Positions 19,307 through 29,569 of a stretch of DNA of 64,000 nucleotides are shown in pieces. Location: assembly GCF_028464065.1 (NCBI RefSeq), contig NZ_CP116808.1, positions 1,071,886-1,135,885 of the forward strand. The letters are read 5' to 3'. This DNA comes from Saprospira sp. CCB-QB6. Its GTDB lineage: Bacteria; Bacteroidota; Bacteroidia; Chitinophagales; Saprospiraceae. Positions within the stretch are counted from its first letter, which is position 1, and the number at the start of each line of letters is the position of its first letter. Under the pieces are notes generated by a model. That model saw only the letters and a program-made list of their open reading frames with translations, was not told the DNA's origin and ran no database searches. Position numbers and translations under genes: made by a program.

Positions 19307-19951
19307 ATGATGGAGTTTATACAGTTAGTCGGTCGACTAATCGCCATTTCGGCTATTCTAATTCTTAGCATCGGCTGCTTAGTTCAACTTTTCGGAAAGA
19401 GATACAATGAAAAAACCTGGCTCAGCATTTACCTACTAGCCCTGCTCAGCACAGAAGGCCTAGCCAGTTATATCGGCTTCTACCGACAGGAAAGCGTCTT
19501 CTTTATGTTTATCCTCTCTTTTTTTATTCACTTTTCTTTCCTCAATATATATTATAACCACTACCTATTTAAACGCCCCCCTATACAAATACTACTGACC
19601 GCAAGCCTCGGCCTCCTCCCCTTCCTCATCTTCAGCTTGCCAGCCCCCTACTATCAGCAACTAAGATATTATGACCGACTCCCCTACTCGATCGCCATTA
19701 TGCTGGCTAGCTTATTCTACTTCTACTTACTAGTCAGTGGACTAAAACCCAGCAAAAAATCTAGTATTCTTCTCAACGCCAGTATCCTCCTCTTTTTTAG
19801 CCTAGACGCCTTTCTGGCCCTCGCCACTAAATACCTAATTAGCGAAAGCCTTACTTTAGTCTCTGGCTTCTGGACGATCAGAGCTATCTGCCTTCAATTA
19901 TTCTATATCGCCTTAATTTATTACGGATGGGTACGCAGCAAGACGCCTTGA
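19307..19951 (+). CDS. Seven-TM membrane protein, putative sensor module for the adjacent kinase.
   Basis: Seven hydrophobic segments. Overlaps the kinase ORF by 25 nt in a different frame. Confidence 0.5.
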   Translation: MMEFIQLVGRLIAISAILILSIGCLVQLFGKRYNEKTWLSIYLLALLSTEGLASYIGFYRQESVFFMFILSFFIHFSFLNIYYNHYLFKRPPIQILLTASLGLLPFLIFSLPAPYYQQLRYYDRLPYSIAIMLASLFYFYLLVSGLKPSKKSSILLNASILLFFSLDAFLALATKYLISESLTLVSGFWTIRAICLQLFYIALIYYGWVRSKTP

Positions 19952-20673
19952 CCATTTTTATCCTCCTTGCCGTAGGAACCCTCCTCCTTGGCTTCCTCCT
20001 CTTTCTCTTTTTCTTCTTCCTCCGCATCCACCTCAAAAGAATTAAAGCCGCCGAAGAAGAAAAACACCGACTCGAAATTAACCACCAAAAAGCCCTCGCC
20101 TCCGCTACCGTAGAAATCCAAGAAAGAGAACGCGCCCGAATTGCCGAAGAATTACATGACGACCTTATCGCCCAACTCTACCGCATTAAGCTCTCTAACT
20201 TTAATCCCCAAATTAACCAAATGCTTAAAACAAGTATCCAAAAAGCTAGAGGCCTCTCTCACGACCTGAGCCCCCCCATGATCGATCAAGTGAATATGGA
20301 AACAATTTTCCTCGACTTTATCGAACCCTTTCGACAGAAATATAAAATTATATCTAACCTCAATGCCGGTAATAATAAGGAGCTTTCTAAAGAAGCAAAA
20401 CTCCAACTCTTCCGCATCTTTCAAGAACTTATTACCAATATTGATAAACACGCCAAGGCTAGCCGTATAGATATTTATTATCGCTACCGAAACAACTATT
20501 TGGTCCTCCTCATCCAAGATGATGGCCAAGGCTTTAGCCCAAATAAACAAGCTGGCCTCGGCCTAAAGAATATCGCTATGCGCAGCCAAATACTCAATGG
20601 CCAATTTAAGTTTAAACCCCATTATCCACACGGAACTACTTTTATTTTCCTCAACTATGAGCCAACTCACTAA
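19927..20673 (+). CDS. Sensor histidine kinase, NarL/DegS type (HisKA_3 plus HATPase_c), with one N-terminal TM helix.
   Basis: H-box EELHDDLIAQL. ATP-binding DDGQGF...GLGLKNIAMR region. Confidence 0.8.
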   Translation: MGTQQDALTIFILLAVGTLLLGFLLFLFFFFLRIHLKRIKAAEEEKHRLEINHQKALASATVEIQERERARIAEELHDDLIAQLYRIKLSNFNPQINQMLKTSIQKARGLSHDLSPPMIDQVNMETIFLDFIEPFRQKYKIISNLNAGNNKELSKEAKLQLFRIFQELITNIDKHAKASRIDIYYRYRNNYLVLLIQDDGQGFSPNKQAGLGLKNIAMRSQILNGQFKFKPHYPHGTTFIFLNYEPTH

Positions 20674-21352
20674 TATCAACATTGCAATTACCGATGACGA
20701 CTCTCTAGTGGTCCAACTACTCACCGAATATCTAGAAAAATTCTCTCCGCTTCCCTGCACCGTCAGCCTAACCGCCAATAGCGGCCAAGAATTTATCGAA
20801 AAAACAAAGCTCCCTAGCTTTCAAGAGGTTGATATTATCCTCCTCGATATGCGCATGAAAGATGGCGACGGCCTCTGGGTCCTCGAACAATTGAACAAAC
20901 AGCAGTTCACCGCAAAAATTATTGTCCTAACTTCTTACTATAAAACAGCTTACATTGGCCAAATGATGAGCCTAGGCGCCCACGCCTTCTTACCCAAAGA
21001 AATTGATAAGGAACAACTGGTCGAAATTATGGAGGAGGTCCACAAAAAAGGCCACTATTTTACCTCCGAACAAATGCAATCCCTACGCGCCCAAATTACA
21101 GCCAAATCACCCAAACTACAACTCGACCCCACTACAGCAATTAGCCCCCGAGAATTGGAGGTCCTCCAACTCATCGCTCAACAATATACCACCAAAGAAA
21201 TTGCCGAAAAACTCTGCCTAACGGTCAAAACCATTGAGGCCCATAAAAGCAATTTACTCTCTAAAACAGGCTCTAAAAATGCCGTTGGCCTTGTCGTCTA
21301 TGCCATAGAACAAGGCCTAATTAAACCTAGCGACTGTATTCGGATGAATTAA
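20657..21352 (+). CDS. Response regulator, LuxR/NarL family (REC plus HTH).
   Basis: REC motifs (ITDDDSLV, ILLDMRM). LuxR HTH (ISPRELEVLQLIAQQYTTKEIAEKLCLTVKTIEAHKSNLLSKTG). Start at the internal ATG overlaps the kinase stop. Confidence 0.85.
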   Translation: MSQLTNINIAITDDDSLVVQLLTEYLEKFSPLPCTVSLTANSGQEFIEKTKLPSFQEVDIILLDMRMKDGDGLWVLEQLNKQQFTAKIIVLTSYYKTAYIGQMMSLGAHAFLPKEIDKEQLVEIMEEVHKKGHYFTSEQMQSLRAQITAKSPKLQLDPTTAISPRELEVLQLIAQQYTTKEIAEKLCLTVKTIEAHKSNLLSKTGSKNAVGLVVYAIEQGLIKPSDCIRMN

Positions 21353-21394
21353 CCTTCCCAAGCATTATTTCTTTTTTCCCCTCTTGTTTTTATT

Positions 21395-21880
21395 TTGGGG
21401 CCCGCGGCCAAGCCAGGCAGAATGCCCGGCTTGGCCGCCGCTATGCTGCGCGGCTCGCTCATCGCTCGGCCCTTCGCTTTTTCGCTGCGCTCAAAAGCTC
21501 GGTCTGGCCTGCGGCCACCGCTGCGCAGCGCTGGGCCGCTCCACTTTTGTTTTCACTTAATTCTTTCTGCTTCGGCCTTTTGTCTGCCCCTTTTAAGCGG
21601 TAGGCCTCGCTTCGCTCGGCCTGCTTCAATATGTCCCCGCCCACCCACCCCTCTACAGGATTCCTTACGGAATCCCTCGGGCTGGCTGGCCACTTGCTAC
21701 AATTTTCCCCAGACCAATTAGGCGGCGAAGCCGCCTCTGGCCCCAAGGGCCAGAACGGCCTAGCGATGCGGCGGGGTGGCCCGAAGGGCCAGACCCAGGC
21801 GGCAAAGCCGCCGCAGGGCCGAGCAGAACTGCGAGCCCCAAAGCGTAGCGCCGCAAGGCGAAGCCGCAGCGGAGGCCCCT
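21395..21880. repeat. Two family A repeats in inverted arrangement (forward 21395-21720, reverse 21721-21880).
   Basis: ggggcccgcggcc...gctcggtctggcctgcggccaccgctgcgcagcgctgggcc, and then its reverse complement. Confidence 0.8.
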
Positions 21881-21930
21881 CATCCTCCCTCAATAAAATA
21901 GCCTAGAACTAAAAAGGACTATCCCAAGCA

Positions 21931-23061
21931 CTAAGGCCGAACATAAGCCGCCAAAGCCTGCAACAAAGCCGAAATATCCTCTACATCCATATCTGCCCGT
22001 AGGCAAATGCGCAGGCGTTCTTGTCCCCTAGCCACCGTAGGATATCGGATTGGGCGCAGGTCAAAGCCCGCCCCCATCAAATGCGCAGAAAGGGCCATGA
22101 CCTCTGCATTTCCAGGCCAAAAAATAGCCTGAATCGGCCCCTGATTAGCCGTCAGATAATCGGATAGAGATAGTTTTTCTCTTAATGCTAAGTAATGCTC
22201 TAGCCGCTGCCTAAGTTCGGCTCGCAAGCGCGCTCCCTCCTGCTCCAAATAGCGATAAACCAAGGACAAATGCCCAATTTGGGGCAGAGACATGGCCGTG
22301 CTATAAATCAAGGGACGTGCAAAATTGATTAGATAATTACGCAGACTTGGGCTGCCCAAAATCACAGCCCCATGCGCGCCAATCGCCTTGCCAAAAGTAT
22401 GCAGACGAGCAAAAATGCGCTGACTCAAACCTAAGTCCTGAACCAAACCGCCCCCATTAGGACCAAAACAAGCCGTTGCATGCGCCTCATCTACCAAAAG
22501 GGCCGCCTCATAACGCTCGGCTAAATCGACAAGAGCCAACAAAGGCGCCTGATCGCCATCCATAGAATAAAGCGATTCGACCCAAATGTAGCGCAATCCA
22601 GCTCGATCTTGGGCCAACTGCCGCTCCAAGTCCTTTATATCATTATGGGCAAAGGCAAAAGCTTCCCCCTTGGCCAACTTCAGGGCATCATGCAGACTCG
22701 CATGGGCCAAGGCATCATAATATAAGGTATCGCCCCGCTGCAAAAGCGCTGAGACCAGGCCCAAATTGCCCAAATAGCCTGTATTGAAAAGCAAAGCCGT
22801 TTCTGCTTCATGAAATTGGGCCAGCTGCTGCTCCAACTCCTCCATAGCGGGGTGATGGCCAGAAAGCAAACGAGAGCCCGTGGCTCCCATTTGCTCATAT
22901 TTTTCTTGCCCCAAAGCAGCTAATAGCTGAGGATTCTTGGCCAGCCCCAAATAATCATTCGAGCTAAAGCTAATTAGGTCTGGCTGATAACGCAAGCTGC
23001 GCTGCATCCCCCGCTTAGCATAGGCGGCAAGGCGTTCTTGCAGCCGTTCTTCATGCTTCAT
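21931..23061 (-). CDS. bioF: Alpha-oxoamine synthase, 8-amino-7-oxononanoate synthase-like (PLP-dependent class I/II aminotransferase fold).
   Basis: 376 aa with a PLP-lysine region HTFGKAIGAHGAVILG and a BioF/Kbl-like layout. Assignment to bioF rather than a paralog is uncertain. Confidence 0.6.
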   Translation of the reverse strand: MKHEERLQERLAAYAKRGMQRSLRYQPDLISFSSNDYLGLAKNPQLLAALGQEKYEQMGATGSRLLSGHHPAMEELEQQLAQFHEAETALLFNTGYLGNLGLVSALLQRGDTLYYDALAHASLHDALKLAKGEAFAFAHNDIKDLERQLAQDRAGLRYIWVESLYSMDGDQAPLLALVDLAERYEAALLVDEAHATACFGPNGGGLVQDLGLSQRIFARLHTFGKAIGAHGAVILGSPSLRNYLINFARPLIYSTAMSLPQIGHLSLVYRYLEQEGARLRAELRQRLEHYLALREKLSLSDYLTANQGPIQAIFWPGNAEVMALSAHLMGAGFDLRPIRYPTVARGQERLRICLRADMDVEDISALLQALAAYVRP

Positions 23062-23064
23062 GAC

Positions 23065-25362
23065 TTACTCAATTCTGGCCACAGTATTTACCGCATCCAA
23101 GTTTTTAATCGACATAATGATTTGCTTGAGCTGGTCCTTATTCTGTACCATCAAACTAATTCGGCCCTCAAAATGACCCTCAAGGCCCTCCATAGAAAAC
23201 GAGCGCATATTCACGCCCAACTCATTGGTAATAATATTGGACAACTGCTGCACTACGCCCATATCATCCATACCTGTAATCAAGAGATCGGCTACAAAAG
23301 AGGTTTCCCCAGACTCTATCCATTCCGCCTTTTTAATCCGATAGCCATAAGTAGCCTGCATATGCTCGGCATTGGGACAGGTCGTCCGATGAATCTTTAA
23401 GCCATGTTTAGAGGTCACATAAGCAAAGATATCATCTCCCATTACTGGATTGCAACAGGTCGCCAAGGAATAAGTATAGTTGCTCGCATCTTCGCCATCA
23501 ACAACCAATTTGGGCTTCTTAAACTGTTTGCGACTAGCCAAGGGGCGTAATCTCGGGCCCTTGGGCTTTTCCATCTGTGCAATCTCCTCTTTGGGCGTAT
23601 CTGCTAACTCTGGAAATAATTTTCCTTGCTCTTGCCGCAAGAGCTTAATCTCATTTAGATTGTACTGCCCCTGATAAATCCCATAATAAAGGGCTGGCCG
23701 ATTTTCTAAGCCATAGTACTTGACTAGAACATCTATATTCTCGTCGGCATCTAGCTTGAGGGTTTTGAGTTTTCGCTCTAGGGTTTCTTTCCCCAAAGCC
23801 CCCAGCTTCATGCGCTCCTCTCGAAGCGCTTGACGGATCTTATGCCTTGCCCGTCCAGTTTCTACCATCTTCAACCAACCCTCTGTTGGCTTTTGATTGG
23901 GACTTGTTACTACTCTCAACTGATCTCCATTTCGGAGGCGATAGCTAAGCGGAACAATCTTTTCGGCCACCTTGACCGCCTTACAATGGTAGCCCACTTC
24001 AGAGTGAATATCAAAAGCAAAATCTAGAGCCGTGGCCCCTTTCGGGAAAAAGCGAAGATCTCCCTTAGGCGTAAACACATAAACCTCCTCGGCAAAAAGA
24101 TTTGATTTGAAGCTGTTCAAAAACTCAATAGCATTGGTTTCTGGATTCTCCAGCATTTCTCTTGCTTTGGTTAGCCAACGCTCAAAAGTACTGCTTTGAC
24201 TAGACTTAACCCCCTTGTATTTCCAGTGTGCCGCAAAACCCATTTCAGCAATCTCATCCATCCGCTCAGAGCGAATCTGCACTTCGACAAAGCGCCCTTT
24301 GGGCCCCATAACCGTCGTATGCAAAGATTCATAGCCATTAGTCTTTGGCATAGATACCCAATCCTTTAGGCGCTCGGGCACAGGGGTATAATAATCTGTA
24401 ATGATGGAATAAACATTCCAACAAGCCGCCTTTTCTCGCTCAATGGGCAAATCTAAAACAATCCGAATAGCGAAGAAGTCATAAATTTCCTCAAAGGCTA
24501 ATTGCTTCTTCTTCAGCTTGTTGTTAATAGACGAAATGGACTTGGCCCGACCAAAGATGCGGGCCTTATAGCCTGCGGCTTCTACAGCCTTGCGCACAGG
24601 AGCAATAAAATCTTCGATATAGGCCTCTCGCTCGTCCTTAGTTTCTTGAAGTTTCTTGACAATATCTTGGTACTCTTCGGGCTCAATGATCTTCATGACC
24701 AAATCCTCCATTTCCGTTTTAATAGAATAGAATCCCAGACGGTGGGCCAAAGGAGCATAGATATAAGAGGTTTCTGAAGCAATTTTTAATTGCTTATGAT
24801 GAGGCATAGAGCCCAGCGTCCGCATATTATGTAGACGATCCGCCATCTTAATGAGCACGACCCGCACATCCTTGGCAATAGTCAACAGGATTTTTTTAAA
24901 GTTTTCGGCCTGTGGGCTACTCATCTTGTCGCCCTGTACATTATTGGCATTGGCAATACCCGAAAACTTGGTCAAGCCATCTACAATAGAGCTGACCTTT
25001 TGCCCAAACAAAAAGCGAATTTGAGCCAAAGTTACCTCCGTATCTTCAACCACATCATGCATAAGGGCCGCCTTAATTGAGCGAGGCGCCAAGCCCAACT
25101 CATCGGCACAAATACGAGCCACCTCTATCGGATGCAAAATGTAGGGTTCGCCCGACTTTCGTCTCTGCCCAGCATGCGCCCGAAAAGCTAAGGTAAATGC
25201 TAAGCGCATTTCTCTTTCTTCCTCTGGGGGATAATCCATTCGCAGGCTGCCAAGCAAATGCTCAAAAGCTGCATAAACTTCTTTTTCTTCCTCTGCATTG
25301 AGGTCAGCGGTGGGATCTGGCAAATTTAATGGCGCCAGCTTTTCTTCTATATAGTCTACCAT
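23065..25362 (-). CDS. relA: Bifunctional (p)ppGpp synthetase/hydrolase of the RelA/SpoT family.
   Basis: HD domain (RKSGEPYILHPIEVARI), synthetase domain, TGS and C-terminal ACT regions. 765 aa. Confidence 0.9.
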   Translation of the reverse strand: MVDYIEEKLAPLNLPDPTADLNAEEEKEVYAAFEHLLGSLRMDYPPEEEREMRLAFTLAFRAHAGQRRKSGEPYILHPIEVARICADELGLAPRSIKAALMHDVVEDTEVTLAQIRFLFGQKVSSIVDGLTKFSGIANANNVQGDKMSSPQAENFKKILLTIAKDVRVVLIKMADRLHNMRTLGSMPHHKQLKIASETSYIYAPLAHRLGFYSIKTEMEDLVMKIIEPEEYQDIVKKLQETKDEREAYIEDFIAPVRKAVEAAGYKARIFGRAKSISSINNKLKKKQLAFEEIYDFFAIRIVLDLPIEREKAACWNVYSIITDYYTPVPERLKDWVSMPKTNGYESLHTTVMGPKGRFVEVQIRSERMDEIAEMGFAAHWKYKGVKSSQSSTFERWLTKAREMLENPETNAIEFLNSFKSNLFAEEVYVFTPKGDLRFFPKGATALDFAFDIHSEVGYHCKAVKVAEKIVPLSYRLRNGDQLRVVTSPNQKPTEGWLKMVETGRARHKIRQALREERMKLGALGKETLERKLKTLKLDADENIDVLVKYYGLENRPALYYGIYQGQYNLNEIKLLRQEQGKLFPELADTPKEEIAQMEKPKGPRLRPLASRKQFKKPKLVVDGEDASNYTYSLATCCNPVMGDDIFAYVTSKHGLKIHRTTCPNAEHMQATYGYRIKKAEWIESGETSFVADLLITGMDDMGVVQQLSNIITNELGVNMRSFSMEGLEGHFEGRISLMVQNKDQLKQIIMSIKNLDAVNTVARIE

Positions 25363-25681
25363 AGTTTTATCCTTTTTTTGAGCCAGCCTGCTTATCCATA
25401 AATTTGGCGCTAGGCCGCCACTTTATTTTTTGCTTTGCCCTACAAACAAAAAATGTTTATCCCAAAGACAAGAGCGCCCCTCTTCTAACTTCTAAGCGCA
25501 GAGGACAGCAGCAGCAAAAAAGAAATTTAGAGAGAAGCCCTTGCTTTTCCAAACTTTTTTAAGCTATTGTCCAAGGATCAAAGAATTTAAACGCCTTCCA
25601 CAGGCTTAGTCCCCCCCTTTTAGCCCACCTTAAGCTATCAGCAAGCATCAAGTTAGCTTTTGTAAGGAACTCTAGACTTGA

Positions 25682-26073
25682 ATTTAGCTCTGACCCCAAG
25701 CCAGAGGCGTCTGTATCGTTACATTTAGCTCTGGCCCCAGGCCAGAGGCATCTGTATCCTTACATTTAGCTCTGGCCCCAGGCCAGAGGCATCTGTATCC
25801 TTACATTTAGCTCTGGCCCCAAGCCGGAGGCATCTGTATCGTTACATTTAGCTCTGGCCCCAAGCCGGAGGCATCTGTATCGTTACATTTAGCTCTGGCC
25901 CCAAGCCGGAGGCATCTGTATCGTTACATTTAGCTCTGGCCCCAGGCCAGAGGCATCTGTATCCTTACATTTAGCTCTGGCCCCAGGCCAGAGGCATCTG
26001 TATCCTTACATTTAGCTCTGGCCCCAGGCCAGAGGCATCTGTATCCTTACATTTAGCTCTGGCCTCAAGCTAA
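25682..26073. repeat. Tandem array of a 41-bp unit, about 9.5 copies (atttagctctggccccaggccagaggcatctgtatccttac).
   Basis: Read directly from the sequence. Two variant types in blocks (A,A / B,B,B / A,A,A) with a divergent first unit and a truncated last unit. Confidence 0.9.
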
Positions 26074-26266
26074 AAGAGAGTTTTAAGCAGACACTACAAA
26101 TAGATACAACCTACTTTATCAACATCATTAAAAACAGCATTAAAATATCTACGTAAACAGCAACTATTAAAAAGTTATAGTTTTTCCACCAAAAGTCTTG
26201 ACATTATAAATGTGTATACGTATATTTATAACGTAACTCCTTTTCATCACCTCAAGTTTTTATACT

Positions 26267-27250
26267 ATGATAGAAATTACAGGCTGGATTAAGACGGAAA
26301 ACTTCGTCTATACCATCACCAAAGACAACAAAAAGAAGATGTACCTTTTAGCTAAGGATCATGTTCACAAATTGACCGAAAAAGCCGCTTCGGATCCTGT
26401 CATTCAAGACATCCTCAACTTTATTCTGCCCGCTTATGATGACTTTCTTCTTCAGTACCGCAAGAATACCATCGATCAAAGAGGCTACCATCAAAAAACA
26501 GCAGCATTTGAAGCCCTAATTGCACAATTGTCCAGCGTTGAAATTCGCCGTTGGGATATTGAAATCCAAATGACTTATGATGTCATCACTAGCGATTACA
26601 ACCGACTCCTCCCCGATGGCAGAAAGCCCTTCCAAAAAGGGACCTACGATATGCGCATCGAGGCGGTCATGACTTTGGGCGACCTCTTGAGCAATGACCC
26701 TCAACTTCAGGGACTAGGCGCAACAGTCCTCGCTTTTGGCCAGCAACTAGAAGACCTCCGCAGCCAACAACAAGGCGTAGAAGGCAATACCGATGATAAT
26801 GTGGACGACTTGGAAAGCAAGCGCGAAGAACTCGCCATTGTGCTCTATGGCGCCTTTGCTCGCCTTTTGGCCCATTACTACCGTAACCCAAAACGGGTAG
26901 ACAACTTCTATGAGCTCAAGTATTTCCGCAGAAGCAAGAACAACAATACAGAGCAAGAAGAGGAAGACGATAATTACAGCCATTTTGAAGTCGAACTCAG
27001 CCCAGGCAGCAACCAAACCCAACTAGAAGGCCTCCTCCTCGGTGGCGAACGAATTCGATTGCAACATATCCGTGGCGCAGCAGTCCTCTACTACTTTTTG
27101 GCCCAAGCTAATGATAGCCCCGACCAACAGTATGAACTACTGCCCAATCAAATGATTGAAATTAACGTCCCTCTAGGACAACGCCTCATTGTTTTGGATA
27201 ATCCCAGCAATCAGAATGCAGTCATAGAGCTTGAACTACTCCCTAACTAG
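26267..27250 (+). CDS. Hypothetical protein, 327 aa.
   Basis: ORF with its own AT-rich upstream region and downstream terminator. No recognisable domain. Confidence 0.5.
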   Translation: MIEITGWIKTENFVYTITKDNKKKMYLLAKDHVHKLTEKAASDPVIQDILNFILPAYDDFLLQYRKNTIDQRGYHQKTAAFEALIAQLSSVEIRRWDIEIQMTYDVITSDYNRLLPDGRKPFQKGTYDMRIEAVMTLGDLLSNDPQLQGLGATVLAFGQQLEDLRSQQQGVEGNTDDNVDDLESKREELAIVLYGAFARLLAHYYRNPKRVDNFYELKYFRRSKNNNTEQEEEDDNYSHFEVELSPGSNQTQLEGLLLGGERIRLQHIRGAAVLYYFLAQANDSPDQQYELLPNQMIEINVPLGQRLIVLDNPSNQNAVIELELLPN

Positions 27251-27266
27251 CCCCCAATGAAAAAAA

Positions 27267-27294
27267 GGAATCTCCTGTAGGAGATTCCTTTTTC
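27267..27294 (+). terminator. Rho-independent terminator.
   Basis: aggaatctcc-tgt-aggagattcct hairpin followed by TTTTT. Confidence 0.65.
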
Positions 27295-27320
27295 TTTGCC
27301 CGATCAACAGGCTTCTGATC

Positions 27321-27364
27321 GCCCCAAAAAACAAAGCGGCCTAGGAGAAATTCTCCTAGGCCGC
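27321..27364 (-). terminator. Rho-independent terminator for sppA (minus strand).
   Basis: Perfect palindrome gcggcctaggaga-aat-tctcctaggccgc with an A-run on the plus strand, which is a T-run on the minus strand. Confidence 0.65.
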
Positions 27365-27386
27365 TCGTTTTGGCAGCGCCTACGGC

Positions 27387-29201
27387 TTAATCTACCTTCA
27401 ATTCAAAAGGCAAACGCATTTGTGGCCCTTGCATGCTGCGCAAGTCTTTTACCTGCTGCATCCAGATTAAAAGCTCTGGATCAAGTCCCTCAAGCATTTG
27501 GTTTTTCTGCCATTCGCCAGGAGAAAACTCAACTTTTTTACCTCCAGTCAAACCTTCCATCAACTCCTCTTCAAAGCTTTTGATTTTGGGATAATGTACC
27601 TCATCATAGCTTTCGCCCAAATTGGCCAAGCTCGCGGCTTCCTTAACAGCAGCATCCAAGCCCGCTAGGCTATCGACCAATCCAATCTCCAAGGCAGCAG
27701 TGCCCAACCATACACGGCCCTGTGCAATACTGTCTACATCTGCGCGCTTGAGGCCACGGCCCTCGCTCACACGGTTTTTGAACAAGTCGTAAATCTCCTC
27801 AATTGATTGCGTAATGATGGCCCCCTCCTCTTCATTGAAGGCGTAATATTGCCCCATATCACGACTCATGATCGAGAATTTACCCGTTTTTACGGTATCC
27901 ATCGTCAAGCCCAATTTCTCTTCATAAAGCTCACGCATATTCGGAATCATCCCGAATACCCCAATAGACCCCGTAATGGTATTGCTTTCGGCAAAGATTT
28001 TATCCGAGTTGGAGGCAATATAATAACCGCCCGAAGCTGCTACGTCTCCCATAGAGGTCACTACCTTAATGCCCTGCTCTTTAGCCAACTCGATTTCTCT
28101 CCAGATCACCTCAGAGGCAAAGGCAGACCCCCCACCAGAGTTTACACGCAAAACGATGGCTTTCACCTTATCATCCTCACGGATTTCGCGGATGGTACGG
28201 GCATAATACTCGCCACCAATGCTTCCGCGCTCCCCTTCGCCATCAACAATGCTTCCCTCAGCAAAGATCACAGCTACCTTATCGGCATTAGCCGAGCGCT
28301 TCCGCAAGTTCTTCTTTTGCACATCATAGTAGCCAGAAAGGCCTACAAACTTTAATTTAGCCTCTTTATCATCCTGAATGCCCACTAATTCACGCAATTC
28401 CTTAATGACTTCATCCTTATACTTCAAGCCATCTACCAAACCATATTGTAGGGCCGCATCCGCATTGCGGATCTTAGCCTGATTGGCCAATTGATATAGA
28501 CTATCAGCAGAGATCCCACGGCTCTCGCCAATTACCTCCAAATACTGCTTATAAGCTCCAGACAGGTACTCCCGCACTTGTTTGCGGTTGGCTTCGCTCA
28601 TATCCGTTCTGCGGAAAGGCTCCGTAGCACTCTTAAATTTACCTGCATAATAGATCTGTGCTTTTACCCCCAGCTTATCCATTAGGCCCTTATAATACAT
28701 GATTTGTCCACCAAAGCCCATGAAATCAATACCGCCCATAGGGTGCACATACAATTTGTCTGCGGCAGAAGCCAGATAGTAAGTAGACTGTGAATAGTTA
28801 TCGGCATAACCCAACACAAACTTACCCGAAGCCTGAAAATCAGCTAGGGCTTCACGGACCTTCTTCATGCTAGCAAAACCACCTGGGCTGCTTTTGGGAG
28901 AAAGGTAAATCCCCTTGATATTTGGGTCCTCCTTCGCCATGGCAATCAACTGCAAAAGATCGGCTAGACCTACATTCTCGGCAAAGAGGCTTTCCAAATC
29001 AGTCGCCCCGTTTTTATTGATATTATTGCTCAATTCGGGAACAGCCGCCCCAAAATCCAACTTCAAAATGCTATTTTCCTCTACCTCTGGATCACCAGGC
29101 TGGCTCATTAAGACAATAGCCATCACAATAGCTCCCAAACCAAAAAGACCGACAATGGTCCCGAAGCAGGAAGCAAAAAACTCACGGATAAAATTCTTCA
29201 T
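27387..29201 (-). CDS. sppA: Signal peptide peptidase SppA, 67K type (protease IV, S49).
   Basis: 604 aa. N-terminal TM helix. Duplicated S49 domains. Confidence 0.85.
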   Translation of the reverse strand: MKNFIREFFASCFGTIVGLFGLGAIVMAIVLMSQPGDPEVEENSILKLDFGAAVPELSNNINKNGATDLESLFAENVGLADLLQLIAMAKEDPNIKGIYLSPKSSPGGFASMKKVREALADFQASGKFVLGYADNYSQSTYYLASAADKLYVHPMGGIDFMGFGGQIMYYKGLMDKLGVKAQIYYAGKFKSATEPFRRTDMSEANRKQVREYLSGAYKQYLEVIGESRGISADSLYQLANQAKIRNADAALQYGLVDGLKYKDEVIKELRELVGIQDDKEAKLKFVGLSGYYDVQKKNLRKRSANADKVAVIFAEGSIVDGEGERGSIGGEYYARTIREIREDDKVKAIVLRVNSGGGSAFASEVIWREIELAKEQGIKVVTSMGDVAASGGYYIASNSDKIFAESNTITGSIGVFGMIPNMRELYEEKLGLTMDTVKTGKFSIMSRDMGQYYAFNEEEGAIITQSIEEIYDLFKNRVSEGRGLKRADVDSIAQGRVWLGTAALEIGLVDSLAGLDAAVKEAASLANLGESYDEVHYPKIKSFEEELMEGLTGGKKVEFSPGEWQKNQMLEGLDPELLIWMQQVKDLRSMQGPQMRLPFELKVD

Positions 29202-29239
29202 AGATGATTGATTTATTAGATACTTTTCTTTGCTAATGA

Positions 29240-29470
29240 TTTGGGGCTGCCCCTCCCTGCGGTCGGGTCGGGCTGTGCCAGGGCTCGCTATTCGCTCGGC
29301 CCTGCGCGGGCTGCGCCCGCTGGGTCTGGCCTATCGACCACCCTTTTCCATCCCTCAGCCTCTGCGGCTAAAGCCGCAGCAAGTGGCATAGCGCTTCGCG
29401 CTATTCGCTTAAATAGCGGGCTAAAGCCCGCTATGAAGGCGGCCAAGCCGCCTAATTGGACCAAGATAGT
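29240..29470. repeat. Family A repeat, long form, starting with TTGGGGCTGCCCC.
   Basis: Homologous to 13115-13440. Confidence 0.8.
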
Positions 29471-29569
29471 CCTCTGCCTAAATCAGTTAGAGAAAATAGC
29501 TAAAGTTTTTGGGACAAAAAAAGGGCTGCCCCTAAAAGTCGACAGCCCCACAGATATTTCGGACAAAAC

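Noticed and set aside
21395-21906. Four overlapping ORFs (21395-21721, 21459-21893, 21631-21906, 21665-21883).
   Set aside because: All lie entirely inside the inverted pair of family A repeats. Pro/Arg/Ala/Gly-rich translations are typical of GC-rich non-coding DNA.
23038-24777. Plus-strand ORFs inside relA/spoT (23038-23400, 23480-23674, 23830-24027, 24502-24777).
   Set aside because: Antisense to a 765-aa gene with complete domain architecture.
25682-26073. Possibility that the 41-bp tandem array is a CRISPR array.
   Set aside because: Units are directly adjacent with no unique spacers, and there are no cas genes nearby. It is a minisatellite-like tandem repeat.
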